Source: a virus
Taxonomy: Duplodnaviria > Caudoviricetes
Length of the DNA: 64,000 nt
Virus record (IMG/VR): IMGVR_UViG_2920693923_000001
Coordinates: 64,001 to 128,000 of that record
Direction: 5' to 3' (one strand)
Within the stretch, counting starts at the first letter, position 1, and every line of letters begins with the position of its first letter. The position numbers and the translations under genes were made by a program. Below are positions 1 through 9,672 of the stretch, in pieces. The notes under the pieces were generated by a model. That model had not been told where the DNA came from. It made no database searches and was given only the letters and a program-made list of their open reading frames with translations.

Positions 1-2215
1 ACTTCATTAAATCCAAATCATATAAGTAATTCATAGGACATTTTAAATCTTTATTTATGTTTTTATCATTAAATCTATGTTTGATTATTTTCCAAAAAGA
101 AGGATAAAGATTTGTCTTAATATCCATGTCATCTTTTATTCTTTTAATCTCACCAGTTAAGTCAATATCAAATCTTCTTTTTGCATTATCAATAGCAACT
201 TGCGCTAAAACACTCAATATGCATACATAGTCAATGTATTTTTTATCATCAAAATTGCAAGCATATGTTTGAGCAATTTGAGCCAAATTACTTGATTCCC
301 CAATATCCAATTGTGATTTTGCTAAATTGTTGTCAATGCCAGCATAATCATCCATTGATTTACCATATATATTTTTTTCCTTTGGAATATTGTTTTTAAT
401 TGTAGGATAATTCTGATAACAGTTTCTTGCATGTTCAACAATATCAGACTGATTTGTTGTATATCCGCTATCAGAATCTTGATCGCTTCCATTATTTCTA
501 TCCTGAAAATCTGTTCCATTCATATTTACTGCAATGCACTGTTTTCCAAGATTAAAATATTTTTCAAGATTTTTATGGTATACATTGTGAAGATATGTAA
601 GATTATTTTTGCTATTGAAAGGACTTCTAAAGAAAGCTAGATATTCGCCACTATTAAATCTTTCAGTGTAACATTGGATTGTATTGTTTTCTGTAAAGAA
701 TGTATTATCATTATCCACATCAGATTCGTTTCCAGTAGCGGCATATAAAAGCATTGCATATGGAGATCCAACTATTACTAGATTTTCTGCATTTTGAATG
801 ATACGTCCACTTTTCATATTTAACACGTATCCTTTAATAATAGCTTTTTTTCTGTCACGAAAGTATGAACTTCTTACAAAATCTGGATTTTGATTACACA
901 AAGCAATTAAAACTTCATAATCATTTGAAAAATTTTTATTCTTTTCAAGATATTTCAGAAACTCAGAATTGTCCTGTTTGAGTTTATTAATATACTCAAC
1001 ACTTTCTTTTACAACATTTGGCATTATTTCTTCATCAAGAGAGTTCACCATTTGATAACTCATTCTCTGAACTTCACCAAGCTTACTTTCATGTGCTGTC
1101 TTCACAATGCCAAACATGCAACCATTTTCATAAACTCTGTCACACCAATATTCATACGACTTATCAAATTTCAACCATTTCATAGCATTGTCAGTTGTGA
1201 TCAACTCAATATCCTTGACAAAATGCTCAACTCCAAACATATCTTTTACAATGGCAGAGTAATAGTTTTCTCCAAAATAATCTCTGAAAAACTGTTGAAT
1301 ATTTGTACTGAACGCTGCCATTTTACAAAAATGATGTCTTAATAGGATATATCCATTCCCCCAAGTTGGAAAAATACTAGAATCAATTAGAGCTTGTCCA
1401 TCAAACATTGTATTCTTCAATTCATAATTATCAATATGTTTTGCGTAACAATGTTTATTTTCATCAGTCTCAATACTGACAACTTTAGTAAAAAACGACC
1501 TGTCAACATCTTTTAATATTAAAATATTCTTGGGATTAATTTTGACTTTACCAACAATGGCACTTGATATAAGTGGGGCATATGCACTGATTTCGACTGT
1601 AGGAGAATTCCTTTTCGGAAGCCGAATGCCCATATATAAGAATTTAATTGCTTTTTTATAAAGACGATCACATATAAACATACATGATCCTTTTTTCGCT
1701 TTTCCTGTACTTCTATAAAGCATTTTATAATGAATAATTTCTCGTTTTATAATATCACCATTTTTCTTTCTGGTGATATATTCAACATTCACACCATCAT
1801 TGTAAAATAACTTTCTGATTTCTTCCTTGGTATGTTTATGGTAACGATCTTTATTTTTATTTGCTTCTTGAAATAATTGTGAAAGTTTTTTGCGCTTATT
1901 TCTTTGCTTTTGAATTTGGCTTTTGTAACCATATGATTTTGCTAATTTGTATTCAGTTCTAGCATTTTTGGCAACTTTTTGTAAATGTGCAATTTCTTCT
2001 TCATATGAACGAGAACCAAAGTTAAATTCTAAACAAATTATATCTCGTGTAGATTCTTCCTTCCATACTTTTAATCCGTTTTCTTTTAGAAAGTCACTAA
2101 AAAGGCTATTTGTAAACATTGCATCTTTATACTCATAATGATCTCTGACACCATTGTTATACTCATAAAGAGTGCTTGCTTCAATGTTTTTAATTTTGAT
2201 TCCAAATTCACTCAT
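1..2215 (-). CDS. YonO-like DNA-dependent RNA polymerase (eukaryotic RdRP-like fold), truncated by the window edge
   Basis: Manual translation: open frame of more than 730 aa from ATG 2215 (MSEFGIKIKNIEAST...), RBS AGGTGGTGA. Motifs FDGQALI, FRSPFN and catalytic-type GSDQDSD (470-490). Absent from the ORF track. Confidence 0.82.
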   Translation of the reverse strand, partial: MSEFGIKIKNIEASTLYEYNNGVRDHYEYKDAMFTNSLFSDFLKENGLKVWKEESTRDIICLEFNFGSRSYEEEIAHLQKVAKNARTEYKLAKSYGYKSQIQKQRNKRKKLSQLFQEANKNKDRYHKHTKEEIRKLFYNDGVNVEYITRKKNGDIIKREIIHYKMLYRSTGKAKKGSCMFICDRLYKKAIKFLYMGIRLPKRNSPTVEISAYAPLISSAIVGKVKINPKNILILKDVDRSFFTKVVSIETDENKHCYAKHIDNYELKNTMFDGQALIDSSIFPTWGNGYILLRHHFCKMAAFSTNIQQFFRDYFGENYYSAIVKDMFGVEHFVKDIELITTDNAMKWLKFDKSYEYWCDRVYENGCMFGIVKTAHESKLGEVQRMSYQMVNSLDEEIMPNVVKESVEYINKLKQDNSEFLKYLEKNKNFSNDYEVLIALCNQNPDFVRSSYFRDRKKAIIKGYVLNMKSGRIIQNAENLVIVGSPYAMLLYAATGNESDVDNDNTFFTENNTIQCYTERFNSGEYLAFFRSPFNSKNNLTYLHNVYHKNLEKYFNLGKQCIAVNMNGTDFQDRNNGSDQDSDSGYTTNQSDIVEHARNCYQNYPTIKNNIPKEKNIYGKSMDDYAGIDNNLAKSQLDIGESSNLAQIAQTYACNFDDKKYIDYVCILSVLAQVAIDNAKRRFDIDLTGEIKRIKDDMDIKTNLYPSFWKIIKHRFNDKNINKDLKCPMNYLYDLDLMK

Positions 2216-2398
2216 GTATATTATATCACCACCTGTTTATTCATTTAAAATTCCTCCTTGCATTCATCATTTATCGGATTATTCTCTTCATAACACACAT
2301 GCAAAGATTCACAACCAGTACAATCAACCATATTACTCATCGGACACTCTGATAGAGGAAGAGTCGCTGCCATATTATACAAATCTTCGCTATTATAT

Positions 2399-2650
2399 TT
2401 ATTCTCCATAATCGTCCTCCGTCATTTCATAAATCCTATAGCCTAGAAAAATAGCCATATCTTTAGTTCTATCAAAACAATCTACATGAGCATATTGTCC
2501 AACATCATTTCGCACATATTTGTCTCCAATGCAAATTTCTTCGCCACATTCGGCACATATAACATTGCTTTTATATTCTTTATAATTAGGGCATCCTGGA
2601 ATATGATGAAGTTGTCCGCAATACTCACATGTACAGTTCATAATATTCAT
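2399..2650 (-). CDS. Small Cys-rich putative zinc-binding protein
   Basis: CEYC, CAEC and HVDC motifs. Confidence 0.6.
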   Translation of the reverse strand: MNIMNCTCEYCGQLHHIPGCPNYKEYKSNVICAECGEEICIGDKYVRNDVGQYAHVDCFDRTKDMAIFLGYRIYEMTEDDYGE

Positions 2651-3021
2651 TTATTTAATTCCTCTCTAGTAACAATTTCCAAGCCTCTATCGAAACATTT
2701 TTGTTCAAGATCGTAGCGATCCATGTAATATTTGAATGAATCGTGATCATTTAATTTCGATACTTCCTGTAATATATCATTACGGATAGAAGAGGAGTCT
2801 GAAGCAAATTCGACATCTTTATATTTTTCCATGAGATCAAGCAGCTCTACACTATTTTCTTTTAAATATAATGTAGTCATATATTTTTCTGTCTCTTTAT
2901 TCCATTTAGCAATAGCAATTACTGAATAATTCCTATTATGTAAGTCAATTTTTATACAAACTGTTCCAATATTTTCGTATCTAAGCATTTTTAATACCTC
3001 TCTTATATGTATATTGATCAT
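2647..3021 (-). CDS. Hypothetical protein (start probably ATG 2988)
   Basis: ORF track; GAGG RBS before MLRYEN. Confidence 0.6.
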   Translation of the reverse strand: MINIHIREVLKMLRYENIGTVCIKIDLHNRNYSVIAIAKWNKETEKYMTTLYLKENSVELLDLMEKYKDVEFASDSSSIRNDILQEVSKLNDHDSFKYYMDRYDLEQKCFDRGLEIVTREELNK

Positions 3022-3510
3022 AGACTTTCCCTAACCGACATGCTCGATTGAACCGCATATCTGATTCAATTCTCGCCGCAATATTGTGGGAAGTAGCGTT
3101 AGTAGTGTCAAAATCTGATTCGTAGATCAGCCCTCTATATTCTGATGGATCTACATAAATTTTTGGTGTAGTATAATTCATATAATTTTTTGTTTCCTTT
3201 CTCTGTTAAATATTTTTCCATGTATGTCGCTCCTTTTATAGTGTTGCGTTAATTTGTGTCATATGTTTATTCTCTTATTTACAATTCGTTTTCTAATAAC
3301 TTAATAATCTTAGTTTTTACGTTATCAGAAAATAAACAATTTTTATCAGACTCTAATAAATCTAATACTGTTTGATATGAAATATTGGATGATTTTAATG
3401 TGTTAATATAATGTTCTTTGTTCTTGAACCATTTTGTGCCAATTTTATATAATTGATTTGAATCACCTATTTCATTTGTTCCTGTAATTTTTACCATTCT
3501 TCCCATACTT

Positions 3511-4320
3511 TTATTCTCCTTTCATTTTTGTTAAATATCTTATTTCACCAGGCACGTCATCCTTGTTATATATTCTCTTTCCATAAATTCTTTCTAATTC
3601 GATTAAAACAGAATCACCTTCTAATTCCATTGGATCAAGAGCATATACATTTCTTGTAGGAACAAACACACCTTCTTCTTTTTTATTCTCCACAAACATA
3701 TCTCTTCTTATATAAATTAGTTTATAGGATTCTAAAACAGATAATCCGTTTTCAACTGTTGAGATAGAGGTATCTAATCCTTTGGCAATTTGAGATTTAG
3801 ATGGAAAAGAAATCTTAGCAGGTGCAATATCTCCTGGATAATTCATGATAAATTGCTTTATATAGAGATAAATGCCCAATAGAATAGATTTATTAATTTT
3901 AGATGAGAGAGAACAGATTTTTTCATATTCAGAAATAGTAATCTGTACAAAACTGTCCTCTGTAAAAAAAACATTACGTTCATAAGATAATTGAAGATAA
4001 AATAAATCATTTGGTTTAACAACAAAAATGTCTGTATTACAGCTTGCATAACCTTTGTTTATTAGTTCTGTTTTAATAATTTCTCGAAAATCAGAGTATA
4101 TGGATTTATTATTTGTTTTTGTAGAATATCCAATTTCTTGTAGCAAATCATTAAGTGTGAGAGTAACTTGTCCAAATGTTTGTACATGTTTCCTTAGATA
4201 TAATATGATGAGATAGTATTTTAAACCTGAAATACCTTTGTGATTTTTGATTTCTTTTTTTGAAAATCCAACTGATGTTATTTTTTTATCTTTTTCGGAT
4301 AGATAAATATAGTTGTCGAT
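3511..4320 (-). CDS. wHTH putative replication initiator (Rep-like), probable ATC start
   Basis: Frame stays open 58 codons upstream of the track start, to ATC 4320, 8 nt after AAAGGAG. HTH-like FPSKSQIAKGLDTSISTVENGLSVLESYKLI. Iterons lie directly upstream. Confidence 0.6.
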   Translation of the reverse strand: MDNYIYLSEKDKKITSVGFSKKEIKNHKGISGLKYYLIILYLRKHVQTFGQVTLTLNDLLQEIGYSTKTNNKSIYSDFREIIKTELINKGYASCNTDIFVVKPNDLFYLQLSYERNVFFTEDSFVQITISEYEKICSLSSKINKSILLGIYLYIKQFIMNYPGDIAPAKISFPSKSQIAKGLDTSISTVENGLSVLESYKLIYIRRDMFVENKKEEGVFVPTRNVYALDPMELEGDSVLIELERIYGKRIYNKDDVPGEIRYLTKMKGE

Positions 4321-4348
4321 TTTAATCGCTCCTTTCGTTAAAAAATTC

Positions 4349-4445
4349 TGTGTGAAAATTTTCCCAAAGATTTAACACTACCTATTAAGTTTGTGTGAAA
4401 ATTTTCCCAAAGGGGTACTTAATTCTGTGTGAAAATTTTCCCAAA
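4349..4445. repeat. Three identical 20-bp direct repeats TGTGTGAAAATTTTCCCAAA (iteron-like)
   Basis: Copies at 4349-4368, 4392-4411 and 4426-4445, followed by an AT-rich tract (about 4455-4515). Confidence 0.9.
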
Positions 4446-4626
4446 AAGTAGGTATATAGTATAAAAGCATAAAGAGTTATATAAAAAAAGCATAAATATA
4501 TAAAAAAGTATAATAACTTCGTAAATGGTCTAACGCCCATTTACTCCGTAAAAATTTGATTGCTTGTTATTGGTTGATAATTTTCATTTGGGTGCATATG
4601 AGATGTACCTATATGATTATTTTTCA

Positions 4627-5004
4627 TTAATTTTCTCTCTGATTAAGATCTATATATTTATCACTAAACTCAGCATTGAATACAGGTAATATGTCATGAT
4701 ATTGTTCATATATTTCTTTACCAGACATATGAGTTAGGTATTTCATTCCATTAGGTAACTGCTTATGAATAGTTTTTTCTTCTACAATACTTTTCTCTTT
4801 GCTAAATCTATCACCTATTTTTCCACAGATAGTACAATAGCTACTTAATTCTGTATGAAGATTATTCTTTCCCATAAAAGAAAACTTATATCTTATAATA
4901 CATTCCTCATATTGATGCTTGTGTTTTGATTTCTTCTCAATCTTAGAAATATTACTTCCTGTATTCTTCCTGTACTTTGATATTTCTTGATCAAAATTGT
5001 TCAT
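4627..5004 (-). CDS. Hypothetical protein (HxH...CxxC)
   Basis: ORF track, GAAAGGA RBS. Confidence 0.6.
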   Translation of the reverse strand: MNNFDQEISKYRKNTGSNISKIEKKSKHKHQYEECIIRYKFSFMGKNNLHTELSSYCTICGKIGDRFSKEKSIVEEKTIHKQLPNGMKYLTHMSGKEIYEQYHDILPVFNAEFSDKYIDLNQREN

Positions 5005-5104
5005 AATTATTCCTTTCGATGATAAATTGGTTGTATAATAGATTTTTTATTTGGTATTAAAATCTTGTTGTGAATTCAGTAATTTCCTATGGATAGGATA
5101 GTGA

Positions 5105-5491
5105 TTAGATTATAATAATTGGATTATCTTCATCTGGTAATGATAAATTAAATGTACTAGGTTTTATCATTTGTATTAGAGTGATACATCTGTAGTACAT
5201 TACTTCTGTTGCTGATTTTAATTTACGGCTATTCCATTTGTAAGATTCTAACACTGTTGGTTGAAAGAGATACATTGCTAATGATGAATCTCTTTTGATT
5301 GCTTCTAATACTGTTGGTTTTATGTATACCTTAAATATAAATTCTATTGGAAGTAACGAAACTTGAATATTTCCTCTTCTGTAACATGAATTGTAATATG
5401 AACTAAGTGCGTCTAATTTTGTTTCATGTTTAGATTTATCATAGTGTCCTTTGCAAATCAGAATTATATCTGTCATTGTTTTATTATCCAT
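5105..5491 (-). CDS. Hypothetical protein
   Basis: ORF track, AGGAGG RBS. Confidence 0.65.
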   Translation of the reverse strand: MDNKTMTDIILICKGHYDKSKHETKLDALSSYYNSCYRRGNIQVSLLPIEFIFKVYIKPTVLEAIKRDSSLAMYLFQPTVLESYKWNSRKLKSATEVMYYRCITLIQMIKPSTFNLSLPDEDNPIIII

Positions 5492-5518
5492 TTTTATGTC
5501 CTCCTTGATAATTGATAG

Positions 5519-6094
5519 TTATTTATTCTCTATTTCTACACATCTATTAATATAATTATTGTAACCTGCCTGAAGAATTGCTTCGGTTTCTTCTATGATT
5601 TGATAAAAGAAACTTGGCTTCTCGTAATAAATTCCTTTTTCTTTATCTATAGGAACATGATCTATTTTAGTCTTTGAGTTTTCTTTTATTAAATGATAAA
5701 TTGTCATATCTTCATCAGTAACTACACCTTCAATATATCTTCTAGTAAGCCTGTTTATAATATGATCACTGTGAGTTTCAACTATTGTTATCTGTGATCG
5801 GTTCATTAATTCAATTATTTTGTCGGCTATCTCTAATTGTAGAATAGGATGTAATGCGCATTCTGGCTGCTCTAATATAACTACACTATTGATCATAATA
5901 TTATGTTCTATATCTGCCAAAGCAATAGAGCATTCTTTCCATTTAAAATATTGTGCTGAAGAGTATTGTGATCGACATTGTTGTAGAATTGTTGTTTTAC
6001 CAGTATTGTTATAACCAGTTAATACTGTTAATGGTGTTAAATTTAATGTTTGTGTTTCAAAATATGTAGGTAACTGTATTTTAAATGTTGACAT
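5519..6094 (-). CDS. Minimal ABC-type ATPase (AAA_21/DUF3696-like)
   Basis: Walker A GYNNTGKT, Walker B/D-loop VILEQPECALHP, H-loop VETHS. Confidence 0.75.
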   Translation of the reverse strand: MSTFKIQLPTYFETQTLNLTPLTVLTGYNNTGKTTILQQCRSQYSSAQYFKWKECSIALADIEHNIMINSVVILEQPECALHPILQLEIADKIIELMNRSQITIVETHSDHIINRLTRRYIEGVVTDEDMTIYHLIKENSKTKIDHVPIDKEKGIYYEKPSFFYQIIEETEAILQAGYNNYINRCVEIENK

Positions 6095-6895
6095 AGTATT
6101 ATGTTCCTTTCTGTTGATTAATCTTTCTTATTTTTATTCTCTGTTTGTGTTGACATATATTTAGTAATTGATATGGTCTATCCCAAAATTATTTTCTTGC
6201 TACGCTGCGAAACTACCATCCCTTATCAAAGGGACTATTTTTATACTGGCGTATGTCATTACATTCTTTATATGAAGTTATGGGAACTAAATCGATCGTT
6301 TTGAGGGTAAATTTCTATTTTTATATCTTTGTTGATAGATTGGTAGGGTAGAAGATAAAGTCGATTTTAGAGTCGATTTGATACGAATTAGTCAAGTAAT
6401 TATGTTTTAAATAAAAATAAGACAGTGCAATTACTGTCTTAATAGTTTTGTGTATAGTTTTATGGTAGCCCCTATATGGGGATTATATGATTTGGAATTT
6501 TTACTGGGAAATCGTTATCGATGAAAGTGCTTATAAATAAGGAAGATTTTGAATTTGTGGGTGGATTTTTGGTGAGATGGGAGTTTGATTTTGGGTTGTG
6601 AAGTGGCTGAAATGCTTGATTTTAATAGGGTTTTACGATATGGGGTACGATAAAGGGTTTTGATGAGTGAAATTTAGGATTTTGCTTGATTTTGTTGGGA
6701 TTTTGATGATATCAGTAAGATGAAATTTTGAAGAAAGTCTGTGGATAAATCAGCTTATTGTAATTCCAGGAAATATAAGGCTTCTTTTAGTTTTTGCTAC
6801 CCCCTATACCCTTAAAGCTACGGTATTTCTATATTTTTCCGTGATAGAACAAACGTTTTATAAAATCATCCTGGACTCTCAGAGCAGAACATACT

Positions 6896-6909
6896 CGAAC
6901 AAGTGTTTG
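6896..6909. promoter_or_regulatory. LexA/DinR (SOS)-box-like site CGAACAAGTGTTTG
   Basis: One core mismatch from Bacillota GAAC-N4-GTTC; second near-match GAACAAACGTTT at 6847-6858. Confidence 0.45.
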
Positions 6910-6943
6910 AATTATAATTTTATCGTATTTTTAAAATTTATTA

Positions 6944-7173
6944 TTGACAATCACATTGTCATGTGATAATATAGATAATGTCAAAAGGACATAGAACAAC
7001 ACGAACACAACTTTAAAATTTTTCTCAAAAAGTCCTTGACAAACACACAAACGTGTGATAACATAATCTCAACAAAACAAAGAACGATACAACAAAGTGT
7101 TAAGGCTCGGCAAACTCACATAGTTGATAATTCAAAAGTTTTTGTTGACAATCACATGAAAGTGTGATACACT
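6944..7173 (+). promoter_or_regulatory. Three tandem sigmaA promoters, each with an ATCACA-N6-TGTGAT operator in the spacer
   Basis: TTGACA at 6944, 7036 and 7145, each 17 bp before TG-n-TAATAT/TAACAT/TACACT. Confidence 0.85.
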
Positions 7174-7696
7174 TTAAACAAGTCAAGCAACAACGACTTG
7201 AAAAAATAGGGTGCAAAGTCTAGCACACCTTACACCCTTACATAGTGGAACGCATGAAACGCTACACCATAGCATTACATATTCTAGCATATTTCATGCA
7301 AAAATTCCACACATTTTTACATCTACATAACGATTGTTTGATGGTTCGCCTGATGACATAGTGGGTTATTGTAACCTACGCACCTTGTAGATTGTTCCTT
7401 GAAAAATACAAAATAAATCGGCGGTTGTGAGCTATACAAGGATCTGAGTAGATAATGACTTATAACAAAGTCGCTCCATCCAAGGATACAACTAGACAAG
7501 TGCGTGAGAACCGTACAATCAGGGAATAAACCGACTGCTAGTTAGGAATCGTAACAACTTGAGCCGTATAACTGGACTTAGAAGTAATGCTACCAGATCA
7601 CACAATAAGTCTGTCCGTTCCAAGTCGGATTAAAGCAGAGGACTTCACACAAAAACAATTTTGCACCTATGCGTAAAATAGGAGAAGGAGTACATT

Positions 7697-8287
7697 ATGT
7701 CAAAGAATCAGATTAATTTTTCAAAAATGAGCAAAGAAGCAACTACACAGTTAAACACTTTTAAAGAATCCGCACATGCGATTGCTGTAGAAGATTTACG
7801 GTTCAAAGCTGAGATTAAACCACTTAAAGCACAGTTAGAATCTATTCTTGCAAACCGTCAAAATGACATTGATAATGGCATGAATGTTGATGATGTTATT
7901 GCAAAATTTCCGCGGATTGAAGTGGATAATGCTATTCGCAAGGCTGAGACAGCACACAAAGCTATTGTTGAGCCACTCTCAAAATCTATGAAAGATACTT
8001 ATACATTCATTCCAGACGGTATGCATGACGCTTACACTAAAAAAATCACTGAGCATAAACGTGGTGACTTTCTTACAGCCATTAAAACATTCCTTGAAAA
8101 CTTAGGTATTGAAGGATGTTCTCAGGCTCAGATCAGCAAACTGGCAGAAAATATGTCTGATATGTTTGGAGCAAGATACGCTCAGAGTAAGAAGATTGTC
8201 AATGATAATATACTTGTAACAGCTATTAGCAAAGCACAGTTTAACAAACTTTTCATGGCTGTATTCTGTGAAATGTATATCAAATAA
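7697..8287 (+). CDS. Hypothetical helical protein, first gene of the rightward transcript
   Basis: 196-aa ORF, AAGGAG RBS. Confidence 0.8.
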   Translation: MSKNQINFSKMSKEATTQLNTFKESAHAIAVEDLRFKAEIKPLKAQLESILANRQNDIDNGMNVDDVIAKFPRIEVDNAIRKAETAHKAIVEPLSKSMKDTYTFIPDGMHDAYTKKITEHKRGDFLTAIKTFLENLGIEGCSQAQISKLAENMSDMFGARYAQSKKIVNDNILVTAISKAQFNKLFMAVFCEMYIK

Positions 8288-8344
8288 GTAGCTTGTAAAC
8301 ATGCAATAAATCCGCTATACTGTAAGTAGGAAGGCGGTGAAAGG

Positions 8345-8485
8345 ATGGAAGAAATGAGTAGTCGTGAAATGTATAACTTAATAATCAAACTTGAAAAAGA
8401 GGGAATGAGTGCCGAAAAAATCATTGAAATCATCAAATTTATTGAAGAGAATAAACTAACCGAAAGTCAACTAAATGATAAATAG
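8345..8485 (+). CDS. 46-aa small protein with its own promoter and terminator
   Basis: MEEMSSREMYNLIIKLEKEG...; TTGTAA-17-TATACT upstream; hairpin terminator downstream. Confidence 0.65.
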   Translation: MEEMSSREMYNLIIKLEKEGMSAEKIIEIIKFIEENKLTESQLNDK

Positions 8486-8498
8486 CACATAGTTAGAG

Positions 8499-8529
8499 GA
8501 GCAGATCAACACAAAAGGTCTGCTCTTTT
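8499..8529 (+). terminator. Intrinsic terminator
   Basis: GAGCAGATC...GGTCTGCTC-TTTT. Confidence 0.7.
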
Positions 8530-8553
8530 ATAGTGCACATTATCACAAATTAC

Positions 8554-8582
8554 TTGTGAATCACACAGTTATGTGATAGAAT
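8554..8582 (+). promoter_or_regulatory. Promoter of the HTH gene, containing the operator ATCACACAGTTATGTGAT
   Basis: TTGTGA-17-TAGAAT; operator 8560-8577 matches those at 6950-7168. Confidence 0.7.
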
Positions 8583-8611
8583 GGAGGTGTATCTAATGGA
8601 GGTAAAATAAT

Positions 8612-8899
8612 ATGATTGTATATAAAAAATTAGAAAAAATATTGCAAGATAGAAATATGCAATGGAAATCATTGTGCGATGCTGGAATTTCTGTAAATAT
8701 GCCAGCTAAATTTTCAAAAAACAAACCAATGAATACGGACATTATAAATAAAGTCTGCGAATATTTGCAAGTCCAACCATCTGAAATTATGGAATGGATA
8801 CCAGATGCAGAATATAACAAGGCAAACGAAGAAATTGCATCAATCGAGCAGCAAATAGCAGAACTAGAGGCAAAGAAAAAGCAATTACAAGGCAAATAA
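8612..8899 (+). CDS. Cro/CI-type (HTH_26/XRE) transcriptional regulator
   Basis: IVYKKLEKILQDRNM...IINKVCEYLQVQPSEIME pattern with a coiled-coil tail. Confidence 0.85.
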   Translation: MIVYKKLEKILQDRNMQWKSLCDAGISVNMPAKFSKNKPMNTDIINKVCEYLQVQPSEIMEWIPDAEYNKANEEIASIEQQIAELEAKKKQLQGK

Positions 8900-8922
8900 T
8901 AATGCGTCATAAACGCACCACA

Positions 8923-8953
8923 AGCACCCATTATCAAATAGGGTGCTATTTTT
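8923..8953 (+). terminator. Intrinsic terminator
   Basis: AGCACCC...GGGTGCT-ATTTTT. Confidence 0.75.
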
Positions 8954-9672
8954 ATACAAAAAAAATAAATAGTATCCAGTCAAAAAGGCAGAGTAAAAAA
9001 TACTCTGTCTTTTTTAGTGCATACTATTAGCACAAAATAAAACAAAAAGGAGAGTTGATTAAAATGGCAAAGGTAAACGTAGTATGGAAAGGAATGTATG
9101 TAGGCACAGAAAAGATGTCTACCGATCAGATCCGCAAGGCAGAATATGCAGGTTTTACAATTACATACGCAGAATAAATCTGTGTACGGATAGTGAGTTC
9201 GATTATAACTCACACAACTACGGATGCAGATTTAAAGGCAAATGTAGTTATTACATAGTAAAAGGCAGACTATTTCGGTCTGCCTCAATCCCAAGAACAC
9301 AAAATGAATTGAATAAAACATATTTGCGTTGCACACAAATTATAAACGATTCAAACGCAAATTACAAGAGTGAATAATAAGGAGGAAGCAATCATGGCAA
9401 ACTGGGCAAGAGAAATCATGGTGTTAGCAAATGATTTTTGTTTAAACACATCAAAGGCAAAAGAAATTATTAAACAGGTAGACAGTTTATCTGTTCCAAG
9501 TGGAAAGATAGAAGATTCATGGAAATATGACAGAGCATATTCACGGCTTAAACCAATGATTATGTCTGCATAAAAGAATGTAAATGTCGAGAAAGTGAAA
9601 ACTAAAGGCAAAATTATTTTAAGCGACTGCAATTAAGTAGTCGCTATTTTAATTAAAAGAAAGGTTAAAAAG

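Noticed and set aside
322-2411. Short track ORFs in 322-2411
   Set aside because: Shadow frames of the long minus-strand RNAP gene.
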